This document shows positions 26,929 to 34,879 of a stretch of DNA of 49,827 nucleotides, piece by piece. Origin of the DNA: Bacteroidia bacterium (GTDB lineage: Bacteria > Bacteroidota > Bacteroidia > SpSt-205); contig JANXDD010000001.1 of the NCBI GenBank assembly GCA_025059915.1, positions 1-49,827 on the forward strand, read 5' to 3'. Position 1 is the first letter of the stretch; every line of letters starts with the position of its first letter. The position numbers were made by a program, and so were the translations under genes. The notes beneath the pieces are model-generated. The model saw nothing but the letters and a program-made list of their open reading frames with translations. It was not told the origin of the DNA and ran no database searches.

Positions 26929-26936
26929 TACCTTTG
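26929..26936 (+). promoter_or_regulatory. Candidate -7 promoter box (TACCTTTG) for the TSUP gene
   Basis: Exact TAnnTTTG, 5 nt upstream of ATG 26942. Confidence 0.5.
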
Positions 26937-26941
26937 CACCC

Positions 26942-27709
26942 ATGGATTTACACGAAGTCCTCATAGGTGCAATCTTAGGGGGATTAGCGGGAGCTTTGGG
27001 GGGACTGGTTGGCGTAGGTGGTGGAACGATTATCATTCCCATTTTAGTCTTACTTTTCGGCTACAGTCAGCATGAAGCTCAGGGAACCGCTTTGATGGCA
27101 TTTGCCTTCCCTATTTACATTGCTGCGACTTGGAACTACTATCGGTTTGGACGGGTGCGCCTTCGTTTAGCTTTGATTGCTGGCGCTGCTTTGGCAGTAA
27201 CAAGCTATCTCAGTGCTGTGTGGGTTCAGCATCTAAAAAGCGACGAGCTCAAAAAGATTTTCGCTGTATTCCTGATAATCACTGGCGGATATGTACTGTG
27301 GAAATCTTTCCGCCCCATTCGGGTGCAAGCGGACGAGGCTCTCAGTAGAGCCCGCGAGTGGTGGGTGGGCTTATTAGTGGGAAGTATCACGGGCCTGCTC
27401 AAAGGTATCACGGGGCTTGGTGGGGGGGTCGTCATGGTACCTCTCCTTCTTCTACTGGGACGTTTAGACCAGCATACAGCGCAAGGAACAAGCCTGATGA
27501 CGATGACTCTGCCTGTGGCATTTACAGCCGCTATTCCTTACTGGGAGGCTGGCCATATCAAATGGTGGCTTGTTCTCGGCTTAGTTATCGGAGTGATTTT
27601 AGGAAGTTTCTTTTCTTCCCGCATCGCTCAGAAATTGGCTGGGCGACTCTTAGCTCAGATCTTCGCCTTTACTATCTCTGTCATGGGCGTCATCCTTCTC
27701 CTGAAATAA
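26942..27709 (+). CDS. TauE/SafE (TSUP) family anion exporter-like membrane protein
   Basis: ~255 aa and polytopic. Duplicated Gly-rich motif (GVGGGTIIIP and GLGGGVVMVP) typical of TSUP. The ORF-track start at 26744 lies inside the TPR gene and is rejected. Confidence 0.85.
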   Translation: MDLHEVLIGAILGGLAGALGGLVGVGGGTIIIPILVLLFGYSQHEAQGTALMAFAFPIYIAATWNYYRFGRVRLRLALIAGAALAVTSYLSAVWVQHLKSDELKKIFAVFLIITGGYVLWKSFRPIRVQADEALSRAREWWVGLLVGSITGLLKGITGLGGGVVMVPLLLLLGRLDQHTAQGTSLMTMTLPVAFTAAIPYWEAGHIKWWLVLGLVIGVILGSFFSSRIAQKLAGRLLAQIFAFTISVMGVILLLK

Positions 27710-27763
27710 ACCGCAGAGGGAGCCTATAGAAAGCCCCAAAAAGCTTTTAGCTCTGCCCTCCAG

Positions 27764-27777
27764 CCCCCAAAAGGGGG
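27764..27777 (+). terminator. Candidate terminator hairpin ccccc-aaaa-ggggg followed by a T/C-rich tract
   Basis: 5-bp GC stem with a tetraloop, 55 nt after the TSUP stop codon. The following tract is tctgctctacttccctttctc. Confidence 0.35.
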
Positions 27778-27798
27778 TCTGCTCTACTTCCCTTTCTC

Positions 27799-27838
27799 AG
27801 CCTACTGCCCTTAGAACACTTTCTAAGAGTAGCAGGCT
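27799..27838. other. Imperfect 14-bp stem-loop
   Basis: Outer pairs agcct/aggct and act/agt, inner pair cttaga/tctaag, 6-nt loop (acactt). Located between the TSUP and GT2 genes. Confidence 0.4.
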
Positions 27839-27894
27839 AAGAGTATGCGAAAGCTCCTAAGATTGCATTCTCTCCGAGTCATAACCTTTCCGGC

Positions 27895-28980
27895 ATGCTT
27901 TCCGTTATCATTCTCGGTGTCGTTGTTAGCTATGGACTTACGCAGCTTTTCCTTACTCTTCTTATGCGACGCTCTCCCTTACCGCCTTTATCTCCTCCCC
28001 CCTTTGTCCCACAAGTTCTCGTCCCCTTCAGAAACGAGGAAGCTTATTTAGAGTCCCTTCTCAAAGCCCTTCAGAAGCAGTCGCTTCGGCTCAAGCTGGT
28101 CTTCGGAGACGATGAATCTACCGATGGGAGCCGAGAAGTTTTGCAAAAGCACCTCCGAGGGGAGAATGAAGTCTGTATTCGCTCTATTTCTGCTGAATGT
28201 CGCCAGGGCTACCCAGGTAAGCACGGAGCGCTCGTGTGTCTGGAGAAAGAGATAGAGACGGAGATATTCTTTCTGGCGGATGCAGACATGCAGTTTCCCC
28301 CGAAGTGGGCAGAGAGCTTGTATAAGGCGCTTTTGGGAGAAAAACATTTGGGGGGAGTATGTGGGCCGAGCCTTCCTCGGGCTCGCACTTTATGGGAAGC
28401 CTTCCAGCGAGTAGAATGGGCCTCTACTCTGTATTTGATTGCGGCAAGTCAGCGGCTGGGGCACGTGCCCACAGCTATCGGTAATAGCATGGCAGTGCGC
28501 AAATCGGCTTGGGAAGCAGTCGGCGGCTGGCGCAGTCTCCCCCCCTCGCTGGTAGAAGACTACACTTTCATGCGAGCTTTGGAAAAAGCAGGATGGAAAT
28601 TTAAGTGGATTTTTCATCCAGATGTTTTAGGAGAGACGCGAGCAGAGCCTACGTTTTCTAAATGGGTGCAGCAGCGACTACGATGGCGCTTCGCTGCCCA
28701 AAACCTTCCCCCTCATGCAATAGGATATTTACTTCTGCAGAGTGCTTTACCGTGGATGATGGGCCTGATGGAAAAGTGGCTCTTAGTCATAGCAGCTCTG
28801 ATATGGGGCACAGCGGAAGCCCTGCCCTTAGCCCAATTTCGGTCTATCGTAGGGGGCAAGCAAATTCTGCGCTATCTCCCTCTGCTTCTCCTTTATCGGT
28901 TCTTTCAGGGCCCGTGGCTTCTTTGGCTGCATTTTAGCCGAAAGCCTATTCAATGGAGAGGGCGAACCTACCCTAAATAA
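27895..28980 (+). CDS. Membrane-bound family-2 glycosyltransferase
   Basis: 361 aa. N-terminal TM, GT-A motifs (VPFRNEE, GDDESTDGS, ADADMQF, VEDY) and Q-x-x-RW (QQRLRWRF), followed by C-terminal TM helices. Confidence 0.8.
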   Translation: MLSVIILGVVVSYGLTQLFLTLLMRRSPLPPLSPPPFVPQVLVPFRNEEAYLESLLKALQKQSLRLKLVFGDDESTDGSREVLQKHLRGENEVCIRSISAECRQGYPGKHGALVCLEKEIETEIFFLADADMQFPPKWAESLYKALLGEKHLGGVCGPSLPRARTLWEAFQRVEWASTLYLIAASQRLGHVPTAIGNSMAVRKSAWEAVGGWRSLPPSLVEDYTFMRALEKAGWKFKWIFHPDVLGETRAEPTFSKWVQQRLRWRFAAQNLPPHAIGYLLLQSALPWMMGLMEKWLLVIAALIWGTAEALPLAQFRSIVGGKQILRYLPLLLLYRFFQGPWLLWLHFSRKPIQWRGRTYPK

Positions 28981-28985
28981 GAAAA

Positions 28986-29023
28986 CCCCCGGGGACTCAA
29001 CCCGAAGGGAATCAACCCGGGGG
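28986..29023 (+). terminator. Candidate terminator / structured element (8-bp GC stem cccccggg...cccggggg)
   Basis: Begins 6 nt after the GT2 stop codon. Contains an inner mini-hairpin ccc-gaa-ggg. No U-tract. Confidence 0.35.
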
Positions 29024-29172
29024 CCTCTCTGCTGGGCTAAGACAAAAGTAAGCATTTTTCCGTATATGCAAGTCTTCGCCCCCTTACATGCTCCTCAGTT
29101 GCACCTAAAACCACCTAAGTAGTCAAAAACCCATCCTCAGTAGCATGACTTTTTGCATAATCAAGCTTTCAG

Positions 29173-29180
29173 TACCTTAG
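29173..29180 (+). promoter_or_regulatory. Candidate -7 box (one mismatch, TACCTTAG) for the PAS-PP2C gene
   Basis: 7/8 match to TAnnTTTG, 6 nt upstream of ATG 29187. Confidence 0.35.
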
Positions 29181-29186
29181 TAGAGT

Positions 29187-30875
29187 ATGAGCCAGGCAGA
29201 ACTTTGGCGCCGCTCAGCCAACAAAGGCTTTTTGGGATTAGAAGAGATGCCCCTACCTGCCGGGCTTGCCGACCTGATGGCACGGCTCTATCCAGAGCCT
29301 GTTCTTCTTCTTGATAAGAAAGAAGACAAGATAATATGGGCAAGTCCGGGCATGATGATACTGAGCGGCTGCGGGGGAAATGAGCTGCGAAAGTTCTCTT
29401 GCCGAGAGTTTTTACAAAAGTACTTTTACCCCAGTGATGCCGTTCTTGACCTGCTTGAGAAAGGAGCCTCGGATGGGCAATTTACAAGCCAATTCCGCTC
29501 ACCTGCTGAGAATAAAGTAGTTCATGGTATATGGATGCGCCTATCAGAAGAGGATGCAGCAGGGCTCTTTCTCCTCATGCTGCGAGACGTGACTGAAATA
29601 GAAATCCTTAGGCAAGAGCTTCTCCAGTACTCCGAGGAGCTTCAGCAGCAGCTGGAGGCTGTCCAGAGACTATCCGAGGAGAAAGAGCGAGCCTACCAAA
29701 AGCTCCGAGAGCAATCCGAAAAGCTGCGTCTCATCAGCACCGCCACAGCCTATTCCAATACGATGAAATTTATTTTAGAGCCTGATGGTACGATTGTCTG
29801 GGTCAATCGCTTCTTTGAGAAAGCCTCTGGCTGGAGCGCAAGCGAACTCATCGGACGAAATGTGCGGGATATTGGGGGGCGGTTTGCTCACCTTCTGCGT
29901 AGCCCAGAAGATGTCCCTTCCGAAGAGACCCTCATAGTCAATCACTTTCACCGAGCTCCCTTTACAGAGGAGATATACGCTTACGATAGGAAAGGGCAAG
30001 GGTTCTGGATGCTCATCACCGTAGCCCCCGTACCCAATGAAATCGGCGAGACCACCCACTACTTAGGAGCTCTCATCAACATCCATGAGAAGAAGCAGCG
30101 GGAAGAGGAGCTGCGGCGATACAAAGAAGAAATCCAACAATCTCTCACCTATGCCGCTCGTATTCATAAGCGGTTCATGCGATCTATTGAAGGACTGCGC
30201 CAGTATTTTCAGAATGCAGAGGTTTGGTATCAGCCTTTGATTGGGATTGGGGGAGATTTTTTTCAGTATGAAGCAATAGAAGGCGGCGTGGTCTTAGCAC
30301 TGGGGGACTGTACAGGGCATGGACTACCAGCTTCCCTCCTCAGTGTATATGCGGCTACGGCTCTCCGATTTAGCATAAGCACCTACAAGAACGATATAGA
30401 GCGGATTCATCACTTCCTACGAGAAGATATTCAGGCTGTTTTTGGCGGCGAGCATCCCCTTTATGAAGGCTTTGAGTTGGCTCTCCTATGGTACCTTCCT
30501 GAAACTATGAAAGCAACATTCATGGGGGCAGGCCGCCCTCTCTGGGTCTTGCGTCGTGGAATTATAGTTCCTGTCGTGGAAGGACGAAGCGACATCAGCA
30601 TAATCGCGAGCGGCGCCTCCACCGGCAAATCATCTGCGCTACAACACCTCTCCCTTCAAAAAGGCGACAGGCTATACCTTTTCTCCGATGGGGTTTCAGA
30701 TCAGCTCAATAGCGAGGGCAAGCGATTCTCCAAGACTCGTTTGCAAAACTTACTCTCCACCACTGGCTACTTACCGCTGCATGAGCAGATGGAGATGGTT
30801 CGTAAAGCCATCCAGCAATGGGCAGCAGGAGCTCCGCAAACCGATGACTTACTCCTTATAGCATTAGAAGTATAA
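29187..30875 (+). CDS. PAS-domain sensor fused to a SpoIIE/RsbU-type PP2C serine phosphatase
   Basis: 562 aa. Two PAS-like segments separated by a coiled coil. C-terminal PP2C motifs GGDFFQY, GDCTGHGLPASL, FSDGVSDQ and TDDLLLIALE. Confidence 0.85.
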   Translation: MSQAELWRRSANKGFLGLEEMPLPAGLADLMARLYPEPVLLLDKKEDKIIWASPGMMILSGCGGNELRKFSCREFLQKYFYPSDAVLDLLEKGASDGQFTSQFRSPAENKVVHGIWMRLSEEDAAGLFLLMLRDVTEIEILRQELLQYSEELQQQLEAVQRLSEEKERAYQKLREQSEKLRLISTATAYSNTMKFILEPDGTIVWVNRFFEKASGWSASELIGRNVRDIGGRFAHLLRSPEDVPSEETLIVNHFHRAPFTEEIYAYDRKGQGFWMLITVAPVPNEIGETTHYLGALINIHEKKQREEELRRYKEEIQQSLTYAARIHKRFMRSIEGLRQYFQNAEVWYQPLIGIGGDFFQYEAIEGGVVLALGDCTGHGLPASLLSVYAATALRFSISTYKNDIERIHHFLREDIQAVFGGEHPLYEGFELALLWYLPETMKATFMGAGRPLWVLRRGIIVPVVEGRSDISIIASGASTGKSSALQHLSLQKGDRLYLFSDGVSDQLNSEGKRFSKTRLQNLLSTTGYLPLHEQMEMVRKAIQQWAAGAPQTDDLLLIALEV

Positions 30876-30910
30876 AGGGTCAGTAAAGGCAACCCTGTAG
30901 GAGCTTCATT

Positions 30911-31915
30911 CTAATGAGGAACCACAACCTCTGGAGACGCTCCGTAGAGAAAAGCCACCAAAACCTCTCCCACCGCTTGGAGGGTGGCCTTGTCTATGAC
31001 AGAAAGGTCGTCTCGGGTCGTATGCCACTCAGGAAAAAAGCCCGCGCCTGTAGGGTCCCGCTGAATGATATTGACCATCGGAATACCCCCTCGCTCTGAA
31101 AGGTAGAAAGGGTCATCTACGATAGGCTCAGCAGGAAGAGGGGGAAAATAGCGCTTGTATCCCAGCTGGTCAGCCACAGCCCAAAGCCTCTCTACTAAAA
31201 AAGGAGCATGCTTGCGACTATAACCCTCTTGGAAAAAGGTAGCATTGCGCCCCCCCACCATATCCAAATGAATTCCCCACGCATAGGCTCGGGGGGGATA
31301 GGGCTGCGGTGCTGTAAGCCAATACTGACTTCCCAGGCAGTAAGAGTCCTCCACCCCCTCTCGTCCTAGGTCTTCTGCATCCCAAAAGATGATATCTACC
31401 GGATAAGGGAGGGGTTTCTGAGCCATAAGCCGCGCCAGCTCCAGCAAAACCGCCACCCCGCTTGCTCCATCGTTAGCCCCTGGAACAGGAGCCTGAGCAT
31501 TCTGAGACTCTCTATCAGCATAAGGGCGCGAGTCCCAATGAGCAGAAAGGAGGATGCGCTTCCCACCCTCCGGTCCAAAGGAAGCGATGATATTGCGAAT
31601 AGGGGTACCCTTGTAAGTGCCGACCTGCTGGTGCACCCGTGCGCCATACCGCTGCAGAGTCGCTACAAGCCAATCCCCTGTCTTCTTATGCGCCGGCGTG
31701 CCAGGTATCCGCATTCCAAACTTTAGCTGCTGAACTATGTGTGCGTAAGCGCTATCAGCAGAGAATGCAGGTCTATCCGCAGGGATAGAAACAGGCGGAG
31801 GCGAGGAAGGCAGCGGTGGAGGCGAGCTGCTCCTACACGCTACGATAAGCCACATAAGCCCCCCTGAAAGCCAAAACCTTTGCTCCCGCTTAATGCCTAA
31901 AAGCAATTTTCTCAT
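30911..31915 (-). CDS. M28-fold lipoprotein, glutaminyl-peptide cyclotransferase-like
   Basis: 334 aa with a lipobox (LIVA|C). Zn-site motifs LLSAHWDSRPYAD, GANDGASGVAVLLE, FWDAEDLG and PEWHTTRD resemble animal-type glutaminyl cyclases of Bacteroidota. An aminopeptidase function is not excluded. Confidence 0.7.
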   Translation of the reverse strand: MRKLLLGIKREQRFWLSGGLMWLIVACRSSSPPPLPSSPPPVSIPADRPAFSADSAYAHIVQQLKFGMRIPGTPAHKKTGDWLVATLQRYGARVHQQVGTYKGTPIRNIIASFGPEGGKRILLSAHWDSRPYADRESQNAQAPVPGANDGASGVAVLLELARLMAQKPLPYPVDIIFWDAEDLGREGVEDSYCLGSQYWLTAPQPYPPRAYAWGIHLDMVGGRNATFFQEGYSRKHAPFLVERLWAVADQLGYKRYFPPLPAEPIVDDPFYLSERGGIPMVNIIQRDPTGAGFFPEWHTTRDDLSVIDKATLQAVGEVLVAFLYGASPEVVVPH

Positions 31916-31942
31916 GTGAGAAATGCAAAAGAAAGCTTCTCC

Positions 31943-34834
31943 TTAGTAGCCAAAAAGTTCTTCTAACGACAGCTCCCGAAGCTGGAGTCCTTTTTCTTTC
32001 AGCTTCTCCAGCGGAAGCCTTTCTCTGTCCCCCATGAGAAGAAGGAGACGCGGCTTGTGCTTGAGATAAGTCTCGTGGAAAGCTGTGAGGTCCTTTGCCG
32101 AGAGGTGTGGTAAAGCCTCCCATAGATCAGCTCGCCGCTCTCTATTCAGACCGAAGCGTCGCGCTTCCCAGAAGGAGAAAAACACCCCCTCATGACGAAT
32201 CCGCTCTGCGGCTAAGCTTGCCATCAGCCCCCGCTGCGCTAACTCTGCCAAAGAAGGTACTACCCGCAAGTCATCTATCAAAGCCTCCATCGCATCATAA
32301 GCTTCTATCAGCTTATCCGCTTGTGTGCTGATAGAGCCAACAAAAAAGTGATGCAAATCGGGACGGGAAGGCGTGGCAAAGTAAGCATTAGCTGAATAAG
32401 CCAGCCCCTTAGACTCCCGAATTTCTTGAAAGACTACAGCAGACATCCCCCCACCAAAGTATTCGGTGAAATATGCAGCAATAGGATAAAGCTCCCGACG
32501 ATACGGGACAGAGCGATGAACCCACTGAAGCACCGCCCGTACCATAGGAAAATGCACAAAATACACTTGTTTATTTGGCGTCTCCTGCATAGAGAAAAGC
32601 CTCGGGGCTGGGGGAGCTTGCCAGCTCTGAGGCACAGTAAGCAGCTTTTCTAAGGAAGCTGCTACAGCTACTCCTCCGGGCCCGTCATAATACACCTCCC
32701 ACGGATACCGCCACAGCTCCGCAGCTCGGCGAGCCAGCTCCGCAGCAGTCATTTGGCGCATTTCACTTTCCGTGGGGATGTTTTTCCGCGGATGCTCTGG
32801 CCCATACAACCCATAAGCCAAAAGCATACCTTGAATAGAGCCTGGACTTCGTTTCGCATCTGCTCGGTCCTTCAAGGTGTTTTCCCTGAGGAACGCCCAT
32901 GCTTGTTCATCCACAGCTGGCCTGTGAAGAAGCGAATCTACTAAAGCAATGATAGCAGGGAGGTTTTGAGAGATTCCTTCCACTCGTACATAACTTTCTC
33001 GGTCTCCTCCGTAGAAAGAGAGGCGCGCCCCTAAGAAGAAAAGCCGTCGCTTGAAGCTCTCTAAGGACATTCCTGCAGGCCCCACTTCGTCATAATAATT
33101 CATCAGCAGGGGAATCCACTTATCATGCACGCTACCGAGTGGAAGGTACCAGATGAGGGTAAATAAGCTATCGTCTGTGTTTCGGATAGCATACAGGGGC
33201 ACTTTTTGCTGAATGGCAGCTTTCTCTAACGCGCTGTCAAATGCTACAAATTGAGGGGCAGGCAAGGAAACTTCCCTTGCTTCAGCCAAAAAGGCTTCGG
33301 TATAAGAGGAGCTATTTCCTCGTTCTATGGAAAGAGGGGTGATGGGAGGTTTGGGCACTTTGGGGAGCTTGGGGCGCTCTCCTTGACGCTTATAAGCTAC
33401 GACGCAGCGCTTCGGAGTATAATACTTACGAGCAAAAGCTACCAGCTCCTCCTTTCGCAAACTGCGCAGCTTCGCTGTCCCGTAGAGAGCCTCTGTCCAG
33501 TTTTTCTGCTTGACAAAAGCATCTAAGAGAAAATATGCCCGATAACTATTTCCTCGCCATCCTTTCATTTCGTTGAAAAGAAGGTCATTGACGGCGGCTT
33601 CTATTAGCTTTTCATCAAAGTCGCCCTTTTGAACCCGTTTCACTGCTTGCCAAAGGAGCTTTTCTACCTCCTCTAAAGACTGCCCGGGCTTAGGTTCTGC
33701 ATACAGGTATTGTGCCCCATGGTCAGAAAGGAGCATGAGAGAGCTGCTGGCGGACTTGACCTTATGGGTTTGGACAAGCCATTCATCCAAAAGTCCAGTT
33801 ACGGTGTTGGAGAGAATCTGGTCTAAAACGCGAGCTATCTGGGCTTCTCGGGTCCCGTCTGGAGGGAGCCGAAAGGCAATCTGCACATAGGGAGACTGAG
33901 GACCGATTACTTCTACAAAGGCTCGTTTTCGGAGAGGGGAAGGCGCCCCTTTCTGATAGGGAAAAGGAGGGATAGGCTTGGGCTGGAAGCTGCCCCAGTA
34001 CTTCTCCACCCATTCTACCACCTGCTGAGGAACTACATCCCCCGCTACGATAATCGCCATGTTATTCGGGACGTAGTAGGTCTCATAAAACCGCTTGATA
34101 GCACTGAGAGAGGGGTTCTTGAGGTGCTCTATGGTACCAAGGATGGTCTGCGTGCCATAGGGATGGTCTGGGAAGAGAGCCGCCGAAACCTTTTCTGAAA
34201 GCTCCCGAGATTCATTGTCAATCGCAATGTTTTTCTCCTCATAGACAGCCTCCAGCTCTGTGTGAAAAAGGCGAAAGACAGGACGACGAAATCGCTCTGC
34301 CTCTAACTTTAGAAGCCGCTCTACTTGATGACTGGGAACATCGTTGATATAGGCCGTGGCATCAAAGGTGGTAAAGGCATTTGTACCTTCTGCCCCCAAA
34401 GCGCTCACCATTCGGTCATATTCATTGGGGATAGCCCACTCGGCCGCCAGCTGCGACACCGAATCTATCTGCTTGTAAATCGCAAGCCGCTGAAGGGAGT
34501 CTTTCGTTTTATTGTACTTTTCATAGAGAGCTTCTACGGCGTCCAAATACACCTTTTCCCTGTCGAAGTCCTTCGTGCCATACCTATCGGTGCCCTTGAA
34601 GAGCATGTGCTCCAGGTAGTGAGCTAAGCCCGTATTATCAGCAGGGTCGTTTTTTCCCCCTGCTCGAGTAGCCACCATCACAAATGCCCTGGGTGAAGCA
34701 GAGTTAGGACTTACAATAAGCGTCAGTTCGTTGGGCAAACGATAGACATATACTTGACGGACAGAGTCTCTATAGACGAGCTTCGTTTGCGCCCAAAGCA
34801 CCCACAGTAGGGCCCCCCAGCGGAGATATTGCAT
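31943..34834 (-). CDS. M16 (pitrilysin/insulinase) family zinc peptidase, double-length
   Basis: ATG 34834 gives a signal peptide (MQYLRWGALLWVLWA|QT). Inverted zincin motif HYLEHMLFKGT. At ~960 aa it spans two M16 active/inactive pairs. The 101-codon upstream extension in the ORF track is rejected. Confidence 0.9.
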   Translation of the reverse strand: MQYLRWGALLWVLWAQTKLVYRDSVRQVYVYRLPNELTLIVSPNSASPRAFVMVATRAGGKNDPADNTGLAHYLEHMLFKGTDRYGTKDFDREKVYLDAVEALYEKYNKTKDSLQRLAIYKQIDSVSQLAAEWAIPNEYDRMVSALGAEGTNAFTTFDATAYINDVPSHQVERLLKLEAERFRRPVFRLFHTELEAVYEEKNIAIDNESRELSEKVSAALFPDHPYGTQTILGTIEHLKNPSLSAIKRFYETYYVPNNMAIIVAGDVVPQQVVEWVEKYWGSFQPKPIPPFPYQKGAPSPLRKRAFVEVIGPQSPYVQIAFRLPPDGTREAQIARVLDQILSNTVTGLLDEWLVQTHKVKSASSSLMLLSDHGAQYLYAEPKPGQSLEEVEKLLWQAVKRVQKGDFDEKLIEAAVNDLLFNEMKGWRGNSYRAYFLLDAFVKQKNWTEALYGTAKLRSLRKEELVAFARKYYTPKRCVVAYKRQGERPKLPKVPKPPITPLSIERGNSSSYTEAFLAEAREVSLPAPQFVAFDSALEKAAIQQKVPLYAIRNTDDSLFTLIWYLPLGSVHDKWIPLLMNYYDEVGPAGMSLESFKRRLFFLGARLSFYGGDRESYVRVEGISQNLPAIIALVDSLLHRPAVDEQAWAFLRENTLKDRADAKRSPGSIQGMLLAYGLYGPEHPRKNIPTESEMRQMTAAELARRAAELWRYPWEVYYDGPGGVAVAASLEKLLTVPQSWQAPPAPRLFSMQETPNKQVYFVHFPMVRAVLQWVHRSVPYRRELYPIAAYFTEYFGGGMSAVVFQEIRESKGLAYSANAYFATPSRPDLHHFFVGSISTQADKLIEAYDAMEALIDDLRVVPSLAELAQRGLMASLAAERIRHEGVFFSFWEARRFGLNRERRADLWEALPHLSAKDLTAFHETYLKHKPRLLLLMGDRERLPLEKLKEKGLQLRELSLEELFGY

Positions 34835-34838
34835 TTGG

Positions 34839-34846
34839 CAAAGATA
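34839..34846 (-). promoter_or_regulatory. Candidate -7 promoter box (TATCTTTG) for the M16 / QC-like operon
   Basis: Exact TAnnTTTG on the minus strand, 4 nt upstream of ATG 34834. Confidence 0.55.
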
Positions 34847-34867
34847 GCTCGGGTGCATGGAAAGAGT

Positions 34868-34875
34868 TATCTTTG
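34868..34875 (+). promoter_or_regulatory. Candidate -7 promoter box (TATCTTTG) for the M43 protease gene
   Basis: Exact TAnnTTTG, 4 nt upstream of ATG 34880. Confidence 0.55.
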
Positions 34876-34879
34876 AGGC

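Noticed and set aside
26744-26941. Upstream extension of the TSUP membrane-protein ORF.
   Set aside because: The extension lies inside the 3' end of the TPR gene and is basic and low-complexity. ATG 26942 starts directly with the first TM helix and lies 5 nt after an exact -7 box.
27883-27890. AACCTTTC upstream of the GT2 gene, and TTCTTTTG (31933-31926) upstream of the QC-like gene, as -7 boxes.
   Set aside because: These match only 6/8 and 7/8 positions, the latter with a 10-nt spacing. They are too weak to call as features.
30876-30896. agggt...accct stem between the convergent PP2C and QC-like genes as a bidirectional terminator.
   Set aside because: It has only 5 bp with an 11-nt loop and no U-tract.
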